From Elusimicrobiota bacterium (GTDB lineage: Bacteria > Elusimicrobiota > UBA8919): a DNA stretch of 64,000 bases. Positions 56,966 to 64,000 of the stretch are shown piece by piece. The stretch spans positions 10,334-74,333 of the forward strand of contig JAQUMH010000004.1 of NCBI GenBank assembly GCA_028718185.1. Direction: 5' to 3'. Both the position numbers and the translations under genes were made by a program. The notes under the pieces are model-generated. The model was not told where the DNA came from, ran no database searches, and saw nothing but the letters and a program-made list of their open reading frames with translations. Each line of letters starts with the position of its first letter. The first letter of the stretch is position 1.

Positions 56966-57297
56966 TCTTACTTTCTTATACCTTTACCCCCTTTTGATTA
57001 CTTATCTTATTTGCTATTTCTTAAGGTCTTTAGTATCTAAACATTACTTTTTGATTTGTATCTTCAAACAGTAGTATAACGCATAGTTACATAAATGTCA
57101 ATATCTATAATTGCCGTTATCTTATCTATAATTGCTAAAGAATGCTAATTAGTTATAATTACATTTTATGAGTAAAACTAAATCTTATTTAAAAACCCTC
57201 TGATAGTTAATGCTCATATCTTGCTAATACATAATAACTTCTTGTGCTTTACTATATATATAACACACTATTGATTTTCTGTCAAGGTCTTTTTTTT
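56966..57297 (-). promoter_or_regulatory. Conserved 330 nt regulatory block, copy 2. It has a minus-strand promoter (TTGACA at 57102-57097, N17, TATACT at 57079-57074) and the direct repeat ATAATTGC-N13-ATAATTGC (57107-57135) abutting the -35.
   Basis: About 85% identical to 46081-46410. It lies between the divergent AraC paralog 2 and the leader / PorV-like 3 / cargo operon. Confidence 0.45.
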
Positions 57298-57504
57298 ACT
57301 TAATATTGTCATATATAACATAATCATTTTTTGCATTACTATTATATTTACCGTCTTATTACAAAAATATTATTACCGGTGACTTCTATTCTTTTATCCG
57401 TTATTGTATATCACCTGTATTCTACTTTGTTGCAAAAATAATGTATTATCGGAAATTTAAAAGCGATATACAGATTATATACAATTATTGTGTAATATCA
57501 AGAA

Positions 57505-57532
57505 TTGACAATTTTATAATTCTTTGTATAAT
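57505..57532 (+). promoter_or_regulatory. Sigma70-like promoter for AraC paralog 2 (TTGACA-N16-TATAAT).
   Basis: ttgaca at 57505-57510 and tataat at 57527-57532, about 45 nt upstream of ATG 57578. Confidence 0.45.
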
Positions 57533-57577
57533 AATCCTGCTATTATCAATTAAAATTATTATATTTCTCTCCAAATT

Positions 57578-58375
57578 ATGAAAATAGAACGCTATCAGAA
57601 AGAAAAAAAAGATATTAAATTAATTGAAGTAACATATCTTAACCCAGATCCTAACTGGAAAATCAGAAAACACTATCATACTTTTCACGAACTTGTAATT
57701 GTTACGAAAGGTTTGATGCATGTTGAAATATTAGGAAAAAACATTCATGCAAATGCCGGAGATATACTTTTTTATCAGGCAGGAATAGCTCACAAAGAAC
57801 AATCCGATCATAAAAAACCGGTTGAAACTGTCGGTTTCACTTGGAAAGAGAAAAGAAAAGTTAATTTTCCTGTTTTAACTCATGATATAAACGGCAAAAT
57901 ATGTGTTTTATCTAAATGGGCGTGCGAACAAGGACAAATAAGTTATCCTTACAAACGTTTACAACAAGAGAATATTTTTGAAGTTATAAGAATTGAATTA
58001 ATAAAAATCATCGAATCTGAAGTAGAAAATCAACTTGTAAGTAAAGTAAAAAGTTTTATGCTGGGGAACTTAAATTTAGACAAATCCATGACTCTTGATA
58101 ATCTTGCGAATTATGTTCATATGAGTAAATATCATTTTATAAAAAAATATAGAGTAATTACCGGAAGGACACCAATGGAAGATTTAAGAAATATTCGCCT
58201 TGAAGTTGCCAAAGACTTGTTTTTGACCACATGTATGCCTATAAAAGCTGTTGCAACTAAAGTGGGGTTCAGCAATGTGTTCATCTTCTCAAGACTGTTT
58301 CAGAAATATTTTAACTTACCACCGGGACACTACCGAAACAACACAGACTTTAATAAAAATACTATTTATTTATAA
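57578..58375 (+). CDS. AraC-family transcriptional regulator (cupin-like N-domain plus AraC HTH). Paralog of 11791-12582.
   Basis: ...LANYVHMSKYHFIKKYRVITGRTPMEDLRNIRLEVAKDLF...FSNVFIFSRLFQKYFNLPPGHYRNN. It is about 50% identical to paralog 1 and has the same length. Confidence 0.8.
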   Translation: MKIERYQKEKKDIKLIEVTYLNPDPNWKIRKHYHTFHELVIVTKGLMHVEILGKNIHANAGDILFYQAGIAHKEQSDHKKPVETVGFTWKEKRKVNFPVLTHDINGKICVLSKWACEQGQISYPYKRLQQENIFEVIRIELIKIIESEVENQLVSKVKSFMLGNLNLDKSMTLDNLANYVHMSKYHFIKKYRVITGRTPMEDLRNIRLEVAKDLFLTTCMPIKAVATKVGFSNVFIFSRLFQKYFNLPPGHYRNNTDFNKNTIYL

Positions 58376-58470
58376 ATATTAGGATTTATTTGGCGTGATA
58401 TATTATAATAAGAAATAATATATTTAATATGACATCTAACATCAGACATTGGACTTCGGACTAAAGGTCA

Positions 58471-60246
58471 CTATTTCCGCATGAATTCTTTATACATTTG
58501 AGTATAAACACCGGATTGCTTAAGCAAACTATGATGAGTCCCTCTCTCCACAATCATACCGTCTTTTACAACTAATACCTGACTGGCTTTTCGGACAGTA
58601 GAAAGTCTCTGTGCTATAACAAATGATGTTCTATCTGCTAATAATTTCTGAAGAGCGTTCTGAAGAATATGTTCGGTATGCGCATCAACAGAGCTTGTTG
58701 CTTCATCTAAAATAAGTATGTTTGGATTTGATATCAATGCCCTTGTAAAACATATTAACTGTCGCTCCCCAAGACTTAATCCAATTCCACGTTCTTTAAC
58801 TTCAGTGTTATACCCATCCGGATTTTTTATAATAAATTTATCTGCACCTATGAATTTTGAGGCATTTATAACTTCTTCATCAGTAGCTTCCGGTCTGGCG
58901 TATTTTATGTTAGACATTATTGTGCCGGAAAACAAAAAATTTTCTTGTAAAACAATAGCCATATGACTATGCAGATATTTTAGGGATATTTTTGACATAT
59001 CAATGCCGTCAAGAAGTATCTTACCTTTTTGAGGTTCGTATAATCTTGCTATAAGACTTACTATTGAGGTTTTTCCTGCACCAGTCTGTCCGACTAACGC
59101 AATAGTTTCACCTGGTTTAGCAGTAAAATTAATATCTTTTAATATCCAATGGCTATCTTTTGAATCTTTATATTTTAAAAATACATTTTGAAAAACGACT
59201 TCGCCTTTAATATTAGGTAAGACTATCGGTTGCGGTACATCTTTAATTTCAGGCTTGGTATCTAACAAATTAAATATTTTTTCTGCAGCTGCAGAAGTAG
59301 AAAGTAATGAATTATAAAGTTCACTCATCATATATATAGGTCCAAAAAACATACCGATATATAATATATAAGCACTTAGTTCTCCTATCTTTAATTCATT
59401 GTTTATTACAAGTTTATAACCGGACAGAAAAGTTATGGCAACACCTATGCCTGCCATAAGACCTAAAAAAGGAAAGTAAGTAGACCACACTTTTGCTGCT
59501 CCTACTGTATTAGATACGTGAGATAAATTAATTTGTTCATATTCCGTTAGATTTTCTTCTTCCCGTGCAAAAGACTGAATAATCCTTATTCCTGATACTG
59601 TTTCTGCAAAATTAGCTATTAAACGGGAGGCACTTTCCTGAACTCTTCTATAATTTTGCATACCTTTAATCCGAAAAATATTTGTTGCAATTATTATTGG
59701 CGGTAATATTATCCCTACTATAACACACAATCTCCAATCATATTTACTCATAAAATAAATGGCACCGAATAACGTTAAAACACTATTAATTAATACTCCG
59801 ATACCCCAGGTTAAACACCATTCCATTGTAGTAATATCATTGTCCAACCTGGCAATTATTCTACCTTGTTTTGTCCTGTCAAAAAACGCCATTGATAAAA
59901 TTTGAACATGTTTAAACAATTCCATCCTTATATCATTTATAACATATTGTCCGAGATTTATGGTGGTCCTTGTTTGATAAACAGAAAAAATCCAGTTTAA
60001 AAGCGTAACACCAAGAAAAAGTAAACTCATATACATAACGCCGGATACATCGCTATTGGAAATATATTTATCAATACATATTTTAATTATATGCGGTCCC
60101 ATTACAGCAGTAATCGTTGTTAAAATATTAAAAATTATATTTTTAGTAACAAGGGTTTTGTACGGATAAATATAACATAGCAGTCTTTTTAACAATTTAG
60201 GTGTAATTTGTTTTTGTTCAAGATGTTCTAAATCATCATATTTCAT
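58471..60246 (-). CDS. ABC exporter half-transporter (TMD-NBD fusion), subunit 1 of a probable heterodimer.
   Basis: Six predicted TM helices in the N-terminal half, Walker A GQTGAGKTS, a degenerate signature LSLGERQ, and Walker B ILILDEATS. Confidence 0.8.
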   Translation of the reverse strand: MKYDDLEHLEQKQITPKLLKRLLCYIYPYKTLVTKNIIFNILTTITAVMGPHIIKICIDKYISNSDVSGVMYMSLLFLGVTLLNWIFSVYQTRTTINLGQYVINDIRMELFKHVQILSMAFFDRTKQGRIIARLDNDITTMEWCLTWGIGVLINSVLTLFGAIYFMSKYDWRLCVIVGIILPPIIIATNIFRIKGMQNYRRVQESASRLIANFAETVSGIRIIQSFAREEENLTEYEQINLSHVSNTVGAAKVWSTYFPFLGLMAGIGVAITFLSGYKLVINNELKIGELSAYILYIGMFFGPIYMMSELYNSLLSTSAAAEKIFNLLDTKPEIKDVPQPIVLPNIKGEVVFQNVFLKYKDSKDSHWILKDINFTAKPGETIALVGQTGAGKTSIVSLIARLYEPQKGKILLDGIDMSKISLKYLHSHMAIVLQENFLFSGTIMSNIKYARPEATDEEVINASKFIGADKFIIKNPDGYNTEVKERGIGLSLGERQLICFTRALISNPNILILDEATSSVDAHTEHILQNALQKLLADRTSFVIAQRLSTVRKASQVLVVKDGMIVERGTHHSLLKQSGVYTQMYKEFMRK

Positions 60247-60407
60247 AATTTATAGGTTTCCACTTAAACTATCGTAGGATAGTTGTCATTGCGAGCCCAA
60301 AAGGGCGTGGCAATCTTGCCTTTTTAATATAAAAATTCAGATTCCCATGGTCACTCTTTTCACTCGTTCCCTCGGAATGACAGTAAAACATACTATGTGT
60401 TTACCAA

Positions 60408-62183
60408 TTAGTTTTCCTCACCGGACTCTATATCGTACATCTTTTTGTAAACCTCACACCGTCTTAGCAAGTCATCATGCGAACCTTTATCTACAATTAT
60501 TCCACTATCCATTACAAAAATCTGTGGGAAATTAGTTATTAAGCTTAATTTATGAGTTATAACAATAGAGGTAATATTCTTAAATACTTCTTTTTCAAGA
60601 GCGGCAAAAATATGACGTTCAGTTTCGGAATCAACACTGGCTGTAGCATTATCAAGAATTAATATTGCCGGTTTCATGATAATTGCACGGGCCAACGCTA
60701 TTCTCTGTCTCTGACCACCGCTTAAAGTAACACCACGTTCACCAATTATAGTATCGTATCCATCTTCAAACATTGTAATAAATTCGTGTGCTTGTGCTAT
60801 CTGTGCATAAAATTCAATATCTTTCTGATTTGTATTTTTAACACCAAAAGAAATATTTTCCGATACAGTATCGGAAAAAAGGAAACTCTCCTGGAATACT
60901 ATGCTTACAGATTTTCTTAAAGAATTTAGTTCTATATCATCAACATTTATCCCGTTAATGGTAATCTGACCAGAGTTTACATTGTAAAATTTTGGTATGA
61001 GATTTACTAATGTTGTTTTTCCCGCTGATGTTGGTCCTACAATTGCTATAGGAATACCGGGTTCTATTGCTAAAGAAATATTATTTAAGACGGATTTTTT
61101 ACTTGTATAAAAAAAATTAACTTCATTAAAGTTTATTTGCACTTTTCCGCTAGGAAATTTAACAGCATTCTTTTTACTTGTTATTATTGGTTTTTTATCC
61201 AATATTTCTAATATTTTTTCACCGCTTGAAACAGCATTATTTGTGATGTTAATAATCCTACCCAACCTTCCGATTCTCATACCTACACCGGTAAGATAAA
61301 GAACGAATTTTGTTATATCTCCTATATTAAGCTGTTTGTGAATAATTAAAAATCCGCCATACCCAAGGGCAATTGGAACACTTAGTCCGAACACAAATTC
61401 TGTCAGTGGAATTTTTGCTGACCAGTAATCTATAACTTTAATAACATGCTTAACAAAACTATTTGATTTTTCATTAAATTTAGTGATTTCTGTTTCTTCT
61501 TTCCCGAAAACTTTTACTATACGTATACCAGCAATGTTTTCCTGAATAACTGTAGATAATTCGCTATATTTATCACGAACACTTCTCCAGAGTAAACGCA
61601 TTTTTCCTGAAGATTTTAATAATATTAAAACGGTAGGCACAGCAGGCAAGAGTGCAAAAAGCGTTAGTTTGTAATTTATTGTGAGCATTATAATAATAGA
61701 ACCAATAACATAAAAAACCATTTCCATCACAAAGACTAATGCAGTACCATACAACTCTCCCACCATTCCGATATCACGAGTTACCCTTGATATGAGTTCT
61801 CCAGAACTACGATTATCATGAAAAGTGAAAGACAGTCTCTGGACAGCGTTATACAAAGCATATCTAATATCCATTAATGCACTTTGTATCATTTTAGTAT
61901 GTAAAATTCCTCTACAAACACGCAATGCGGTATGTAAAATTGTAAGTACAAGATAAAGCATAATTAATTTCATTAATACGGAAGGATTGCTATTGTGAAA
62001 TTTCACCATGTCACTTATTACATTAATAGCGTTACCTGAAATTTGAGGCAAAAGTACTTCTATCGTAAGAAACATGATAAGCAGTAATATTGTGAAAAAC
62101 AAATATAAAGGATATGCCAATAGATAACTTAGAAGCCGTTTTAAGATATGTAAGGTAGTAGTTTGCTTGCCGTCTTTTTCCAT
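60408..62183 (-). CDS. ABC exporter half-transporter (TMD-NBD fusion), subunit 2.
   Basis: Walker A GPTSAGKTT, a canonical signature LSGGQRQRIALARAI, and Walker B ILILDNATAS. It is adjacent to and co-oriented with subunit 1. Confidence 0.8.
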   Translation of the reverse strand: MEKDGKQTTTLHILKRLLSYLLAYPLYLFFTILLLIMFLTIEVLLPQISGNAINVISDMVKFHNSNPSVLMKLIMLYLVLTILHTALRVCRGILHTKMIQSALMDIRYALYNAVQRLSFTFHDNRSSGELISRVTRDIGMVGELYGTALVFVMEMVFYVIGSIIIMLTINYKLTLFALLPAVPTVLILLKSSGKMRLLWRSVRDKYSELSTVIQENIAGIRIVKVFGKEETEITKFNEKSNSFVKHVIKVIDYWSAKIPLTEFVFGLSVPIALGYGGFLIIHKQLNIGDITKFVLYLTGVGMRIGRLGRIINITNNAVSSGEKILEILDKKPIITSKKNAVKFPSGKVQINFNEVNFFYTSKKSVLNNISLAIEPGIPIAIVGPTSAGKTTLVNLIPKFYNVNSGQITINGINVDDIELNSLRKSVSIVFQESFLFSDTVSENISFGVKNTNQKDIEFYAQIAQAHEFITMFEDGYDTIIGERGVTLSGGQRQRIALARAIIMKPAILILDNATASVDSETERHIFAALEKEVFKNITSIVITHKLSLITNFPQIFVMDSGIIVDKGSHDDLLRRCEVYKKMYDIESGEEN

Positions 62184-62229
62184 ATAAGAATTATTTACAT
62201 TTTTCCTGTTTGAGAGGAGAGAAACAACG

Positions 62230-63264
62230 TCACATCGTTTGGGTTATTTTATTTAGTCCACGAGGTTTGTCCGGATTAAAACCTTTTTTTAGACAAAGAT
62301 AGTATGCAAAAAGTTGTCCTGAAATAATATATGTTATTGGTGTTAATATTGTATTCATTTTTGGCATAGTTATTGGCAAAGTTGCAAGCTTTAATATTTT
62401 TTCCTCGGAAGACATAATAATTCTCTCAGCTTGTTTCTGTTTAAGTTTTTCGGTTATTTCAAGCATGCTTTGAAATGTGGCATCAGGTGGAGCAATCATT
62501 ATTACCGGAAAACTTCTATCAATAATAGCAATTGGACCATGCAGGAAATCTGCACCTGATAAAGCTTCTGATTCTAGATAACTGGTTTCTTTTATTTTCA
62601 AAGCAGTTTCTAAAGCTGTAGCATAATTTAGTCCCCTTCCCAATACAATACATTTATTCATATATTTATATTGTTCAACTTTTTCTTTTATATATGTTTT
62701 TTGGGAAATAACTTCCATCATTTGGTAAGATATTTTATTTAACTCTTTCAATTCTTTTTTTCTTCCGGCAAGATGGAGTGACAGAAGATATAACAAAGCT
62801 AACTCTCCTGTGTATGTTTTAGTAGCAGGAACACTTTTTTCTTTACCGGCATGGCAATATAGACTTATATTGGCATTTCTTGTAATTTCTGAGTTTTTCT
62901 GGTTGGTTATAGCTACACAATAAGTACCCTGTTTTTTTGCCTGTCTCAAAACTTCAACAACATCAGGAGATTCGCCTGATTGTGATATCCCTATTACAAG
63001 TGCGTTTTTTAAGTTAAAATTCTTTTTGTATAAAGTAAAAAGTGATGATGCAGCAAGACCTACAACGATTCCATTTATGTAACCAAATAAATACTTTCCA
63101 AAAACAGCTGCATTATCAGATGTACCACGGGCAGCAAAAAGAATAAAATGAATATCCCGTTTAATTATCTCCCTACAAATTGCTTCAACATCAGCCTCAT
63201 TTTCTTGAAGTATGTTACTAATTACTTCTGGCTGTTGTTCAATCTCACCAAGCATGTAAGACAT
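62230..63264 (-). CDS. Double-SIS-domain sugar phosphate isomerase/aminotransferase-like protein (AgaS / GlmS isomerase-domain-like).
   Basis: The SIS motif GISQSGESPDVV is present, with a second SIS-like half (LGRGLNYATALETALKIKETSY...). Length is about 340 aa. Confidence 0.65.
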   Translation of the reverse strand: MSYMLGEIEQQPEVISNILQENEADVEAICREIIKRDIHFILFAARGTSDNAAVFGKYLFGYINGIVVGLAASSLFTLYKKNFNLKNALVIGISQSGESPDVVEVLRQAKKQGTYCVAITNQKNSEITRNANISLYCHAGKEKSVPATKTYTGELALLYLLSLHLAGRKKELKELNKISYQMMEVISQKTYIKEKVEQYKYMNKCIVLGRGLNYATALETALKIKETSYLESEALSGADFLHGPIAIIDRSFPVIMIAPPDATFQSMLEITEKLKQKQAERIIMSSEEKILKLATLPITMPKMNTILTPITYIISGQLFAYYLCLKKGFNPDKPRGLNKITQTM

Positions 63265-63383
63265 ATTGTTTTGTTCCTTTTCTTCATATCTGTATGCAAA
63301 AGTATTATAATATTCCCCTCACCTTTCGTCCTCTCCCCTCAGGGGAGAGGAAAGAGGTGAGGGGTGGACATCTATGTACTTTT

Positions 63384-64000
63384 TTACAGATACTGTTTTG
63401 CAGTTTCGGCTGTTGTTGAAAAAGTTGGTGTATTAACCAGTTTTTTCGCCAAAGATTCAAGTTCTTTATATCCTTGACTCAGCGGAAGTTTTATCTGGCC
63501 GCCTTCTATTACCGAGCGGCAAACTCCCATCATAATTTCGAATCCTTTATATGCACTTTCACCGTTGCAAGGATGAACTTTGTTTTCATTATCAAGCCAC
63601 TCGGCAATATCTTGTATATACGGCGGCATATCAAGGTCATAGTTCATGCATCCGGGTCCCGAAATTACACCTTTTGAATTTTTTGTAATAGCACGCCATC
63701 CACCGCCGGTTAAAACTTCTGCAAAACCTTCGGTACCTTGAGCCCCGATACGACACTTCCTCCACCAATAATCAACCTCTGGAACATCCGGTGCACCGGC
63801 ACCACATTCAATAATTCCGCGAACTCCATTAGTAAAATGGATAATTCCGGCAATATAATCCGGGGAAACATGTATATCCTTGAACTTAGTTGTTCCACTA
63901 GCCTGACCCATAACCCATTCTGCTCCTGCATTATCATTAAACCAACGACAATAATCTATAAGATGGGTCATCATATGCATCATCCACCCGGTTGCTGTTC
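63384..64000 (-). CDS. Partial CDS (C-terminal part; the N-terminus lies beyond the window end): Gfo/Idh/MocA-family oxidoreductase C-terminal-domain-like protein.
   Basis: The frame is open to the window edge upstream of the ORF-track Met. The C-terminal pattern ...SAYKGFEIMMGVCRSVIEGGQIKLPL resembles the end of the Gfo/Idh/MocA family. Confidence 0.4.
   Translation of the reverse strand, partial: TATGWMMHMMTHLIDYCRWFNDNAGAEWVMGQASGTTKFKDIHVSPDYIAGIIHFTNGVRGIIECGAGAPDVPEVDYWWRKCRIGAQGTEGFAEVLTGGGWRAITKNSKGVISGPGCMNYDLDMPPYIQDIAEWLDNENKVHPCNGESAYKGFEIMMGVCRSVIEGGQIKLPLSQGYKELESLAKKLVNTPTFSTTAETAKQYL

Overview
This is a 64 kb AT-rich window (about 35% GC by eye). Almost all genes are on the minus strand, and the content looks like an accessory cell-surface, glycan-binding locus. 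Two giant paralogous proteins dominate it (about 3000 aa and 2800 aa). Each has a signal peptide, a GH-like TIM-barrel region, Ig-like domains, three to four near-identical tandem CBM6 plus chitobiase-C-terminal modules, FN3 domains and a T9SS-type C-terminal sorting domain (CTD). One of the two is split by a frame disruption at a repeat boundary. Three other large CTD proteins carry CBM6, discoidin, PKD, PA14 or beta-helix domains.

Three PorV/PorQ-like outer-membrane protein genes each sit immediately upstream of a giant CTD cargo gene. The divergent PorV-like paralog pairs with a divergent CTD subtype. Two AraC-family regulators, each with a canonical TTGACA-N16-TATAAT promoter, are transcribed divergently from these cassettes. 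A two-gene module is tandemly duplicated: a fused sugar-ABC solute-binding protein plus MalF-like permease polypeptide, next to a roughly 900 aa FN3-CBM6 protein with a conserved 330 aa domain of unknown function.

Other genes: a six-hairpin-type glycoside hydrolase, a neutral-ceramidase-like protein, a DegT-family aminotransferase, a heterodimeric ABC exporter pair, a double-SIS sugar isomerase-like protein and a partial Gfo/Idh/MocA oxidoreductase.

Intergenic DNA is packed with several repeat families. These include a five-copy structured leader element with compensatory hairpin substitutions, REP/BIME-like GC hairpins, CTATAAC-type inverted repeats, tandem octamers, GGA-rich motifs after stop codons, and a duplicated 330 nt regulatory block. 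That block carries a minus-strand TTGACA-N17-TATACT promoter with an AraC-like direct-repeat operator.

Strong Shine-Dalgarno usage (GGAGG/GGGGG) together with T9SS-like hallmarks argues for a non-Bacteroidetes lineage that carries a T9SS. That is an inference only.
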